Below, piece after piece: positions 1 to 9,268 of a stretch of 64,000 nt of DNA. Below the pieces are notes generated by a model. That model was not told the origin of the DNA. It did no database searches and saw only the letters and a list, made by a program, of their open reading frames with translations. Position 1 is the stretch's first letter; each line of letters begins with the position of its first letter. Source of the stretch: Dehalococcoidia bacterium (GTDB lineage Bacteria; Chloroflexota; Dehalococcoidia; Plut-88900); assembly GCA_965197585.1 (NCBI GenBank), contig OZ240215.1:2304001-2368000 (forward strand), read 5' to 3'. A program made the translations under genes and the position numbers.

Positions 1-1239
1 ACTCCACGTCTCGCTTTTCAGCTGCACGTTCCCCACGGGGTTCAACTCCGAGAGCACTTGTCCCGTCTGCCCGATAAGTAGCTCCACACTCGAGGCATAT
101 TTCAGCTTTCGCGTCCTTACCATCGCCCCGACGATCACCAGCGCAAAGAACGCCATCATCCCTGAGAGTATGGCCACGAGCCAGAAACTGATCCTGAGCA
201 CCGGGGCCCCCGGCCAGTCCGGCTCCCCAACCGAGAATAGCAGCAGCGCCCCCAGCACGAACGCGATCACTCCCCCCACCCCCAGGAACCCTATCCCCGG
301 AACCTGGATCTCCAGGAAGATTAGGATGGCTGCCAGGCCCAGCAGCACCACGCCCGCCCAGTTGAACGGCATCGCGCCAAGGGCCACCAGCCCTACGATT
401 AGCGCCAGCGCCCCGACAACTCCGGGAACGATCAGCCCCGGGTTGAGAAGCTCCACGAAGAGGCCTATTGCCCCAAACGTCAGGAGTAGACCAATAACGT
501 TCGGGTGAGCGACGAAGGAGAAGAACTTCTCAGCAAGGTTCATCTCCACCTCCCGCTCCACTAGCCCCTCGGTCCGCATCGTAACCGTCCCTAACGCCGT
601 CTCCGTCTCACGTCCCTCCAGCTGTTCAAGCAAGTCCTGTACGTCCACAGCCACGAAATCTACTAAGCCAACTTCCACCGCCACAGACGCCGTATAGGCC
701 TCTGCTTCCGTGATCGTCTTGGTCAGGGCTTCCTTGTCGCGGCCTCGCTTCTCTGCAATGCCCTCGGCCATAGCTACGGTTATGTTGATGGCCTTTTCGG
801 ATAAAGTATCGGGCAGGTCTTCTCCGTCCGCTGCCACCGGCGAAGCCGCCCCGATGGACGTGCCCTCGGCCATCACCGCAAAGTTAGCCGCCGCCGTGAC
901 AAACGTCCCTGCCGAGGCCGCAAAGGCGCCAGGTGGATAGACATACACCGCCACAGGCACTTCCGCCCCAAGCAGCCTCTCCACTATGTTCTCCGTGGAG
1001 GAAAGCGACCCCCCCGGCGTGTCCAGCTTGATGACCACCAGCGCCGCCCCGTCGACCTCCGCCATCTCGATGCCGCGGGAAAAATACCGCTCCGCGTTTG
1101 GGCTTATATCCCCATCGTAGGTGAGTACGTAGACTTGCTCTTCCGGGCTCTGGGCATAGGCGGGACTAAGCAGCAACGCCAGCCCTGCAACTAACATCGC
1201 CACCCCGAGTAACAGCCTTACCCACCTAAACGCCGCCAT
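1..1239 (-). CDS. nfeD: NfeD-family membrane-bound ClpP-class protease (C-terminus runs off the window start)
   Basis: Manual translation from ATG at 1239: signal peptide, then VYVLTYDGDISP...KLDTPGG...AASAGTFV...TSIGAASPV, then transmembrane segments. Confidence 0.85.
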   Translation of the reverse strand, partial: MAAFRWVRLLLGVAMLVAGLALLLSPAYAQSPEEQVYVLTYDGDISPNAERYFSRGIEMAEVDGAALVVIKLDTPGGSLSSTENIVERLLGAEVPVAVYVYPPGAFAASAGTFVTAAANFAVMAEGTSIGAASPVAADGEDLPDTLSEKAINITVAMAEGIAEKRGRDKEALTKTITEAEAYTASVAVEVGLVDFVAVDVQDLLEQLEGRETETALGTVTMRTEGLVEREVEMNLAEKFFSFVAHPNVIGLLLTFGAIGLFVELLNPGLIVPGVVGALALIVGLVALGAMPFNWAGVVLLGLAAILIFLEIQVPGIGFLGVGGVIAFVLGALLLFSVGEPDWPGAPVLRISFWLVAILSGMMAFFALVIVGAMVRTRKLKYASSVELLIGQTGQVLSELNPVGNVQLKSETWS

Positions 1240-1269
1240 ATTGACAATTATACATCCCCTCCCCACTTC

Positions 1270-1294
1270 CGTAGGTACGACCGGCCGGTCGCCT
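1270..1294. repeat. GTAG-type REP-like palindrome
   Basis: cGTAGgtaCGACCGGCCGGTCGcc; a related cGTAGgggcg start occurs at ~20967. Confidence 0.55.
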
Positions 1295-1321
1295 TCCTCG
1301 ATAGGAGTGACACCAACCCCC

Positions 1322-1351
1322 TTGACCTTAGATGAACATTCGTGCTAATCT
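1322..1351 (+). promoter_or_regulatory. sigma70-like promoter with overlapping LexA-like box (element copy A)
   Basis: TTGACC(1322)-18 bp-TAATCT with extended TG; GAAC-ATTC-GTGC at 1334-1345 resembles GAAC-N4-GTTC. Confidence 0.6.
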
Positions 1352-1354
1352 CCT

Positions 1355-2030
1355 CACCGTTCGAACACCAACCTAACTATCTCAAGGAGGAACCAAAAAC
1401 CCAGGGAAGCCCACCCGACCCATCCGAGGACTCAACGTCCAAGCCCATCCCAATGGCCCTCCCGCGGCCTGCGGCTCAAGCAAACGCCGCCATCTCCTCA
1501 TCCCATCGGGTCCCGTGCCCCTTCCCTGACCCCCAGGCGATGGAAAGACACTCTGGTTCGTTAAGTTCCATGTGAAGCTCCTTACGGAGAAGCCGCTCCT
1601 TCGAGCGGAATAGCGGTCGGATAGGCCCGGCGCCGAGGCCCTCTCGGTACACCGTCCGCTTAATCAAGCCGGGAGCCGGTGGTCTACGCGCTCCGGGTCG
1701 CACCGGCAAACTTGAACACACTACGCCTGCAGAGGCCCGGCATCGGACGCTGGACGGACCTCCTTGCCGCCCTATAGCGGTGCAGCCAACCCTCGGAGTC
1801 GGGCTCGGACCTGCTGGCCCTGAAGGTCCCTGCCCATGTCCAGCGTATGCAGGGCCACAGGCCGCAGCAGCGGCAGGCGGCTTTAGTCCGCCGTAGTCGG
1901 GCCGGCGCCCTCACCCCGGGGCGTCGGAACACCCGAAGCACATGAACGGGGACAGCGTCCAGCCAGTGTCTTCCATCGCCAAACCCTTCCAAATAAGAAC
2001 CAAAATCCAACCCACAACCGAATAAAGGCC
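1355..2030 (+). ncRNA. Putative large structured ncRNA, copy A (family unknown)
   Basis: Conserved blocks shared with 46540-47115; long-range stem 1536-1552/1965-1980; many internal hairpins; no credible conserved ORF with a start codon. Confidence 0.55.
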
Positions 2031-2067
2031 CTTGCCTGCCCCTGACGTGCCGGACTAGTACATTATG

Positions 2068-2136
2068 TTGCCTAATTGCCTGGAAAATGATACTATGTTC
2101 GTGCCTGAAGTGAAGGTTTTCTACGCTTCACTTCAG
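2068..2136 (+). promoter_or_regulatory. Promoter plus leader hairpin upstream of the amidotransferase-gyrA operon
   Basis: TTGCCT-17 bp-TACTAT with extended TG; 11-bp stem CTGAAGTGAAG/CTTCACTTCAG at ~2105-2136. Confidence 0.55.
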
Positions 2137-2172
2137 TTACCTTGACCCGTCCGTCAAGACCTCGTTTCCCAC

Positions 2173-2856
2173 ATGCCCATAGTAGGTATAACCGCATCCA
2201 GGAAAGCCAAAGGGGCCCGATATATAAGGGTCTTGGAGAAAGTCGGCGCTGAACCCATCATCCTCCGCCCTGATCCCGACGCCAACCTCCCTTCTATCCT
2301 CGATAGCGTAGACGGCCTTCTCCTGTCCGGCGGCGAAGACATAGACCCGCACTACTACGAAGAACCCTTCCTGGACGCGACCCCCGACAAAGAACGGGAT
2401 GCCTTCGAATTGCCCCTGCTGAAAGAAGCTCTGAAGCGGGATATGCCAGTATTCGGCGTCTGCCGTGGCATGGAGGCCCTGAACGTCGTGATGGGCGGCA
2501 AACTGACCCGCAAAATCAAAGGACACCGCTCCCCAGACTTGGTCAAGTCCGTGTTCCACGACGTATACGTGGCGCCCGGCAGCCGCCTGGGTGCGATCTT
2601 CGGCGGCGCCCCTATTCTGCGTGTCAACAGCAGGCACCACCAGGGATTCACCCAGTTCCAGAAGGCCCCCGGCCTCCTGGCCTCCGCCTACGTCCTTGAC
2701 GGCGACCTGATAGAGGCCGTGGAGTCCCTTTCCCACACTTGGGTTTTCGGAGTCCAGTGGCACCCCGAAAGAGAGTCCGAAAACCACCCCAAAAACCTGA
2801 ACCTGTTCCACGCCCTCGCCGAGGCCGCGGAAAGGTTCTCCAGTATCACCGTCTAG
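2173..2856 (+). CDS. Peptidase C26 / gamma-glutamyl-GABA hydrolase-like class I glutamine amidotransferase
   Basis: DGLLLSGGEDIDP, GVCRGM (nucleophile Cys), VNSRHHQ, GVQWHPE. Confidence 0.9.
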   Translation: MPIVGITASRKAKGARYIRVLEKVGAEPIILRPDPDANLPSILDSVDGLLLSGGEDIDPHYYEEPFLDATPDKERDAFELPLLKEALKRDMPVFGVCRGMEALNVVMGGKLTRKIKGHRSPDLVKSVFHDVYVAPGSRLGAIFGGAPILRVNSRHHQGFTQFQKAPGLLASAYVLDGDLIEAVESLSHTWVFGVQWHPERESENHPKNLNLFHALAEAAERFSSITV

Positions 2857-2865
2857 AGGTCTACG

Positions 2866-5346
2866 ATGGTAACCGACATCGGAAAAATCAGGCCTATCAA
2901 AATCGAAGACGAGATGCGGGGCTCTTACCTCGACTACGCGATGAGCGTCATCGTGTCCCGGGCCCTGCCTGATGTGCGCGACGGACTGAAACCCGTCCAT
3001 CGCCGGATCCTCTACGCCATGAACGACCTCCACCTCAACCCCAACAGCGCCTACAAGAAGAGCGCTCGTATCGTCGGTGAGGTCCTCGGTAAATACCACC
3101 CCCACAGCGACAGCCCCGTTTATGATGCTATGGTCCGCATGGCGCAGGAATTCTCCATGCGCTACATGCTCGTCGACGGGCAGGGCAACTTCGGCAGCGT
3201 CGACAACGACCCCCCCGCAGCCATGCGATACACTGAAGCCCGCCTAGCCCAGGTCGCCACCGAGATGCTTGCCGACATCGACATGGAGACCGTCGACTTC
3301 ACGCCCAATTTCGACGACAGCCTCAGCGAACCCACCGTTCTGCCCGCACGGATCCCCAGCCTCCTTATGAACGGAAGTTCCGGCATCGCCGTCGGTATGG
3401 CTACCAACATCCCGCCCCACAATCTCGGCGAGCTGTGCGACGCCCTCGTCAAGCTCATCGACGACCCAGACACCTCCATCGACGACCTTATGGATAGCGT
3501 CCACGGCCCCGACTTCCCCACCCGCGCCGAGATCTGGGGCCGAGAGGGTATCCGCAACGCCTACACCACCGGCCGCGGCAAGATCATAGTTCGCGCCAAG
3601 GCCGACATCGTAGAGACCAATAAGGGCAAACGCAGTCAGATTATCGTCACCGAGCTTCCCTTTCAGCTCAACAAGGCGTCCCTCGTTGAAAAGATCGCCG
3701 ACCTCGTCCGGGACCGCCGGATCGAGGGCATTACCGAGATACGAGACGAGTCGGACCGCGAAGGCCTACGGGTGGTCATCGAGCTTCGAAAGGACCAGTA
3801 CCCGGACGTGGTGCTCAACAACCTCTACCAGAACACCCCGATGCAGTCCTCCTATTTCATCAACATGCTCGCCCTAGTGGACGGCGCACCCCGTGTAATC
3901 GGCCTGAAGTCCGCCCTGGAGAGCTTCATCGACTTCCGGCGGGAAGTCATAGTCAGGCGCTCCCGCTTCGAGCTGCGCAAGGCTCGGGAGCGGGCTCACA
4001 TCCTGGAGGGCTTCAAGATCGCCCTCGACAACCTGGATGCCATAATCGCCACAATCCGCCAGTCCCCGACCGTCGAGGACGCCCGCACCAACTTGGTCCA
4101 GTTCTTCAACTTGACCCAGGTCCAGGCACAGGCCATCCTCGACATGCAGTTGCGCCGAATTGCCCAGCTCGAACGCCAGAAGATCGACGAGGAATACGCC
4201 GACACCATCAAGAAGATCAACTACCTCGAAGACCTGCTGGATAACCCCCGCAAAGTCATGTTCCTCATCAGGGACGATGTGCTGGAGATAAAAGCCAAGT
4301 ACGCCGACCCCCGCCGCACCGTAATCATCGATGAGGAAGCCGGCGCCTTCACCAACGAGGACCTCATACCCCATCAGGAAGTCGTCGTGACCCTGAGTCA
4401 CGGCGGCTACGTCAAGCGCATGCCCAAGGAGACCTACCGTGTCCAAAGGCGCGGTGGAAGGGGTGTCGCCGGCATGGAGACCCGCGGCGACGATGTGGTG
4501 CAGAACATGATGCTCGCCGACACCCACGACATCCTCCTGTTCTTCACCAACAAGGGCCGGGTCACATCCATCAAGTGCCATAGGGTTCCCCCCGCCCAAT
4601 CCCGCACCGCCAAGGGACTGCACGTCAACAATCTGATTAACATGGAGCCGGGCGAAATGATCACCGCCCCCATCCAGGTGAAGGACTTCGAGGCTGGGGG
4701 TTACATACTCATGGCCAGCCGAGGCGGCGAGATCAAGAAGACGCCGCTTGAGGCCTTCGCCAATATCCGCAGCAACGGTCTGAAGGCATTCTCCTTGGAG
4801 CCCGGAGACGAGCTCGTATCTGCAACGCTAGCCACCGATGAAGATGATTACATCATCATCACCAAGCTGGGCCAGGCTCTGATGGCCAACGTCGGACTGC
4901 TGCGCAGCGCCTCCCGAGGCAGTGGTGGCGTACGAGGCATAAAGCTGCAAGGCCGGGACGAGGCCATTGCAATGGACCTTGTTCTTGCCGATCATCACCT
5001 CATAGTCATGTCCATAAACGGGGTCGGCAAGCTGACACGTCTCGATTCTCATCACGTTCAGAAACGCGGTGGAACGGGAGTGCTGTGGTTTAAGGTGACA
5101 GATAAGTCAGGGCCCTTGGTTGCAGCCATGGTCGTGAACCGGGCTCACGAACTGATGGTCATATCCGAACAGGGCACGGTATTCCGCACCATGTTGAAGG
5201 AGATCCGCGTTCTGAGCCGAATCACCCAGGGAGTGAACATCATGAAGCCCGACACAGGCGACAGTGTCGCCTCTCTTGCCTGCTCCGAGGGCCAGAGCGA
5301 ACAGCTCAACGGGGCCGGGTCCAACGGCCACATCCCGTCGAAGTAG
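2866..5346 (+). CDS. gyrA: DNA gyrase subunit A
   Basis: [32 protein letters not shown] catalytic Tyr, GyrA-box QRRGGRG, C-terminal pinwheel repeats. Confidence 0.97.
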   Translation: MVTDIGKIRPIKIEDEMRGSYLDYAMSVIVSRALPDVRDGLKPVHRRILYAMNDLHLNPNSAYKKSARIVGEVLGKYHPHSDSPVYDAMVRMAQEFSMRYMLVDGQGNFGSVDNDPPAAMRYTEARLAQVATEMLADIDMETVDFTPNFDDSLSEPTVLPARIPSLLMNGSSGIAVGMATNIPPHNLGELCDALVKLIDDPDTSIDDLMDSVHGPDFPTRAEIWGREGIRNAYTTGRGKIIVRAKADIVETNKGKRSQIIVTELPFQLNKASLVEKIADLVRDRRIEGITEIRDESDREGLRVVIELRKDQYPDVVLNNLYQNTPMQSSYFINMLALVDGAPRVIGLKSALESFIDFRREVIVRRSRFELRKARERAHILEGFKIALDNLDAIIATIRQSPTVEDARTNLVQFFNLTQVQAQAILDMQLRRIAQLERQKIDEEYADTIKKINYLEDLLDNPRKVMFLIRDDVLEIKAKYADPRRTVIIDEEAGAFTNEDLIPHQEVVVTLSHGGYVKRMPKETYRVQRRGGRGVAGMETRGDDVVQNMMLADTHDILLFFTNKGRVTSIKCHRVPPAQSRTAKGLHVNNLINMEPGEMITAPIQVKDFEAGGYILMASRGGEIKKTPLEAFANIRSNGLKAFSLEPGDELVSATLATDEDDYIIITKLGQALMANVGLLRSASRGSGGVRGIKLQGRDEAIAMDLVLADHHLIVMSINGVGKLTRLDSHHVQKRGGTGVLWFKVTDKSGPLVAAMVVNRAHELMVISEQGTVFRTMLKEIRVLSRITQGVNIMKPDTGDSVASLACSEGQSEQLNGAGSNGHIPSK

Positions 5347-5356
5347 AGGGAACATA

Positions 5357-6046
5357 ATGAAACTGATATTCATCCACGGGGCCGGCGGCTCGCCCCAGTC
5401 CTACTACTACCAGACCCGCCACTTCGAAGGGTCCGAGGCCGTCGCCCTTCCCGGCCACCCCGAAGGCACCCCCTGTAAGACCATCCCCGCCTACGCCGAA
5501 TGGCTACGAGGCTACATCTGGGGCAAAGGCTACGAGGATGTGGTCCTCTGCGGCCACTCCATGGGTGGCGGCATCACCCTGCAGTACGCCATCAACTATC
5601 CCGATGAGCTTAAGGGCATCATCACCATCGGCAGCGGCGCGCGCCTCCGCGTTCACCCCGCTTACCTCGCCGAAGATCAGGAAGGCATCAGGGACCCCGG
5701 ACCGTGGAACCAGGCCGCCGTCGACGGCGCTGCCGACTACACTCCCGAGGTCCGGGAAATCGTTACCCGTGAGAAGCTGGAGGTCGGCCCCGCAGTCGCC
5801 TACAACGACATGACTGCCTGCGACCAGTTCGACATCATGGACCGTGTCTCGGAGATCAAGCTACCGACCCTCGCCATTTGCGGCACCGAAGACGTGATGA
5901 CCCCCGTGGTCTATTCCAAGTATCTGGAAAAGAACCTCGCCAACTGCCGCACCGTCATCATTGAAGGCGCAACCCACAGCGTACTCCTCGAACGCCCCGA
6001 CATAGTCAACCCCGCCATCGCAGAGTTCATCTCGGGCCTGGGGTAG
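5357..6046 (+). CDS. Alpha/beta hydrolase
   Basis: FIHGAGG, GHSMGG nucleophile elbow, C-terminal D and H; start set at ATG 5357 after an AGAGGG SD. Confidence 0.9.
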   Translation: MKLIFIHGAGGSPQSYYYQTRHFEGSEAVALPGHPEGTPCKTIPAYAEWLRGYIWGKGYEDVVLCGHSMGGGITLQYAINYPDELKGIITIGSGARLRVHPAYLAEDQEGIRDPGPWNQAAVDGAADYTPEVREIVTREKLEVGPAVAYNDMTACDQFDIMDRVSEIKLPTLAICGTEDVMTPVVYSKYLEKNLANCRTVIIEGATHSVLLERPDIVNPAIAEFISGLG

Positions 6047-6089
6047 CCAGGACTCCAGCTATGGGTAGAATGACGGGTTTATACTAAGA

Positions 6090-6473
6090 TTGGGTGACTT
6101 GGACAAGTCCCGAGAGGGATTGGGTCTGGGTCTGTTTATTGTGATTTCCCTGACCTGTCTCGGTTTAGTGATTTGGCATGAGGCAACGGATGGCGAAACG
6201 GGAGGAGTGTTGAGCGCACTGCTATCCGTACTGGAGCGGATGGCAGCGGTTCTTGTAACCTTGAGTTTGACCATATATGCCTCTGTGGAGGGAGCTGCAA
6301 TGCTGTACGAAAAATATGCCAAGAGGCGCTTTCAGGAAGGGAAGCAAAAGGGAGAAGCAGAGCGTGACAGGGAATGGATGTCGTGGATGGAACGCCGGGA
6401 GGAAGCCTTAGCATCCGGTGAACCTTTTGACGAACCCTCACCCGCGGAGAAACCCTCCAAGAATGGACAGTAA
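6090..6473 (+). CDS. Hypothetical membrane protein (2 TM + charged tail)
   Basis: Two hydrophobic segments followed by EKYAKRRFQEGKQKGEAERDREW...EPFDEPSP; start uncertain. Confidence 0.6.
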   Translation: MGDLDKSREGLGLGLFIVISLTCLGLVIWHEATDGETGGVLSALLSVLERMAAVLVTLSLTIYASVEGAAMLYEKYAKRRFQEGKQKGEAERDREWMSWMERREEALASGEPFDEPSPAEKPSKNGQ

Positions 6474-6497
6474 TCCCCTTTCACTGGAATCGCATAG

Positions 6498-6755
6498 ATG
6501 ACGTATCCGGCAATTATCGAAGGCGGGGGAGACGATTACGGCATTGTATTCCCGGACCTGCCCGGAATAGTGGCCATGGGAGACACGCTCGACCAAGTCG
6601 TCCAGAACGCCGAGGAAGCCCTCCGAGACTATGCCATCGAGTCAGAGAGAGATGGCCTTCCACTGGCTACTCCCAGTTCATCCGAAGACGTAGAAGTGCC
6701 TTCTAACTGTACCCTTACGTCTATTCTATTGGTTCGTTCGTCCACTTTGGCCTAG
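6498..6755 (+). CDS. HicB-family antitoxin
   Basis: YPAIIE...YGIVFPDLPG...GDTLDQVVQNAEEAL...GLPLATPS. Confidence 0.85.
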   Translation: MTYPAIIEGGGDDYGIVFPDLPGIVAMGDTLDQVVQNAEEALRDYAIESERDGLPLATPSSSEDVEVPSNCTLTSILLVRSSTLA

Positions 6756-6877
6756 TCTTGGACCAGGTGGCCTGCACCCCCTTAATGATTCCGGCGCCCG
6801 AGCCTGCACACGAAGTACGTCCTAGCCACCCCCTCGTCAGGACATTTGGATAGTCAATTCATGGAATGTGGCTGTGA

Positions 6878-9082
6878 CTACCCCCTCCTCATCCACCTCG
6901 GCGCCCACCAGTTCAAGTCCCCCAGCACCTTCATCAGCGACGGCACCAGCAGAGCCCTCACCACCGTGCTGTCGAGGAATATAGCCAGCGCAATTCCCAG
7001 CCCCAGCGCCTTGATGATTATGATGTCCCCAAACGTGAACGACCCCGCGACCAGTATTAGCACCAGGGCCGCACTCGTTATGATCCGACCCGTCTTCTCC
7101 AAACCCAATGCCACACTGGACGCATTGTCCCCCGACTCATCGTAAATCTCCTTGATACGCGTCAGCAGAAACACCTCGTAGTCCATGGAGAGGCCAAACA
7201 GGATGGTGAACAGGAGGATGGGGATGGTTGCTTCAAGGAACCCCGTCGAGGTGAAGTTGAGCAGCCCCTCCAGGTGCCCCTGCTGGAAGATGAACACCAG
7301 TGCCCCGTAGCTGGCGAACACGCTCATGCCGTTCATAACCAGCGCCTTCAACGGTATCACCACAGACCTGAAAAGAACGGCCAATACGATGTATACCGAG
7401 ACCGTCACCAACACAAGGGCCCACGGGAAGGCGTCGTACATGGCGTCAACCGCATCCATCAAGCTGGCCGTCGCCCCCGACACCAGGAACTCTCCTTCTC
7501 CCTCGTACGCCCGAAGGCTCCGCACCGTGTCACGCGCCTCCTCCGAGTTCATCTCGTAGACGGTGTAGATGCTGACCATCGTGACCCGGCCGCCGCCAAA
7601 CTCTTCCAGCACAGAGGCCAGCTCCGGCGAGGCCCTTGCCTCTGCGCTTGCGTACAGGGCCTGATACTGCTCCACCGTCCACCCGGGCCCGCCATCAACG
7701 ATGCTCTCCAACCGGGTCACGCCCGGAAGTTCCCTTGCCATCTGTGAGTACCTATGGAGCGCAGCCAAGTTATCCGGGTTAACGACTTCCTCCTCGAACC
7801 GGGCCGCAACCAGTATCGGTACAAGTGCCCCTTCCCCAAACTCCTCTGATACCTTCTCCCACCCTTGCCTCGACTCCGCCTCCTCGGGCAGAACGCTGGC
7901 CCACGGGATACCCAGCTTCACCTGCAGGAACGGGATTCCCAACGCCAACAGCACTACAATCACTGGGACCATCACCAGCAGCGGACGTCGGATGACCCAC
8001 GAGGCCAGGGTTCTCCAGAACCGGCCGTTCCGGTATAGGCGCTCTGGAAGTATGGGCAACGCGTCAATCCGCCTCCCGATCACCGACAACAGCGCCGGCA
8101 CCAACGTGAGCGCCACCACCACCGACGCCGCAATCACCACCATCCCCCCAATCCCGATCGACCTCAGCATCGATAGCTCGAATATGAGCAAGCCCATAAG
8201 CCCCAGGGCCGTCGTAATCCCCGAAAAGAGGATCGCCCTCCCCGCAGTCGCCACCGTCACCGCCACACTTTCCTCCACGCCTCTATCCGACAGTTCCTCC
8301 CGATACCTGCTCACCATCAACAGTGAGTAGTCGATGGCTGCCCCCACCCCCAGCAGAGTCGCCGTGTTCATCGCAAAGACCGACATCGGGGTCACGAGTC
8401 CCAGCAAGTAGATAACCGCTAACGTGATCCCGAGTCCCATCGCCCCGATTGCTATGGGCGCTGCTACCGATACCACAGTCCGAAAGATTAGAAGCAGGAC
8501 CAGCGCCACCACCGGGAAGGTGATGATTTCCGCGCGCCTGAGGTCCCGGCCCGTGTATTCGTTGATGTCCGAAAAGATCGCCGAGCCCCCGGTTACCCAC
8601 ACATCCAGCTCCACCTCGGGTATCGACGCCCGGATTTTCGGCACCTCGTCGAGCACGTCGTCCAATGGAATGTCCAACCCGGCAATGGCGAATGTGGTTC
8701 GCCCATCGGGTGAGACCAAGTTCGTGTTGCCCGTCGCGAAGAAGCTATCGACCCTGGCTACACCCGGATAACCGCCAACGGCGGAAAGAACGGTCTGGGC
8801 GCGTGCCTCATAGACAGGGTCTTGTACGGTGAGGCTATCGTGGGATAAGACCAGGATGATTACGGCCTCGTTGAGGATGCCTTCCTCTTCGAGGATCTGG
8901 AAAGCCTGCCGAGCCTCGGTATCCTGCTCCCCAAACCCCGACGTAAGCACGGTACCTACCCTTGGGGCCAACACCCCAACCCCGGCAAGTACAACCACCC
9001 AAAACGCAATGACAAGCCAGCGGTATCTGTATGTCCAACGGCCCAAACGGTAGAAGAAGGAAGTATGGATATCGCGGGCCAG
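6878..9082 (-). CDS. MMPL/RND-family transporter
   Basis: Two 6-TM halves; IDYSLLMVSRYREE, FGLSMDYEVFLLTRIKE. Start placed at CTG 9082 (GGAGGT SD upstream); the ORF track starts at TTG 9046. Confidence 0.9.
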   Translation of the reverse strand: MARDIHTSFFYRLGRWTYRYRWLVIAFWVVVLAGVGVLAPRVGTVLTSGFGEQDTEARQAFQILEEEGILNEAVIILVLSHDSLTVQDPVYEARAQTVLSAVGGYPGVARVDSFFATGNTNLVSPDGRTTFAIAGLDIPLDDVLDEVPKIRASIPEVELDVWVTGGSAIFSDINEYTGRDLRRAEIITFPVVALVLLLIFRTVVSVAAPIAIGAMGLGITLAVIYLLGLVTPMSVFAMNTATLLGVGAAIDYSLLMVSRYREELSDRGVEESVAVTVATAGRAILFSGITTALGLMGLLIFELSMLRSIGIGGMVVIAASVVVALTLVPALLSVIGRRIDALPILPERLYRNGRFWRTLASWVIRRPLLVMVPVIVVLLALGIPFLQVKLGIPWASVLPEEAESRQGWEKVSEEFGEGALVPILVAARFEEEVVNPDNLAALHRYSQMARELPGVTRLESIVDGGPGWTVEQYQALYASAEARASPELASVLEEFGGGRVTMVSIYTVYEMNSEEARDTVRSLRAYEGEGEFLVSGATASLMDAVDAMYDAFPWALVLVTVSVYIVLAVLFRSVVIPLKALVMNGMSVFASYGALVFIFQQGHLEGLLNFTSTGFLEATIPILLFTILFGLSMDYEVFLLTRIKEIYDESGDNASSVALGLEKTGRIITSAALVLILVAGSFTFGDIIIIKALGLGIALAIFLDSTVVRALLVPSLMKVLGDLNWWAPRWMRRG

Positions 9083-9268
9083 GATTACACCTCCGGGGGT
9101 TACGCATTCGAATTATATCAATGCCCCCTCCCCCCGACCCAAATAATTGCGGCATATGCTGTAGAGCAGCATCTGCCGCAACCCAATAAACAGGGCGGAT
9201 GGGGGAACCAAATCGTCGCTCTGGGATGGAAGTGAGCAGGGGCTTGCCCCATGCCCTAGAATTTAAGC

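Noticed and set aside
1342-2010. ORF-track proteins in element A (77, 81, 108 aa) and element B (46505-47155)
   Set aside because: Starts fall within the promoter or lack an SD, the translations are low-complexity, and starts are not shared between copies. No small hydrophobic type I toxin ORF is conserved.
2866-5346. parC rather than gyrA
   Set aside because: The GyrA-box (QRRGGRG) is present.
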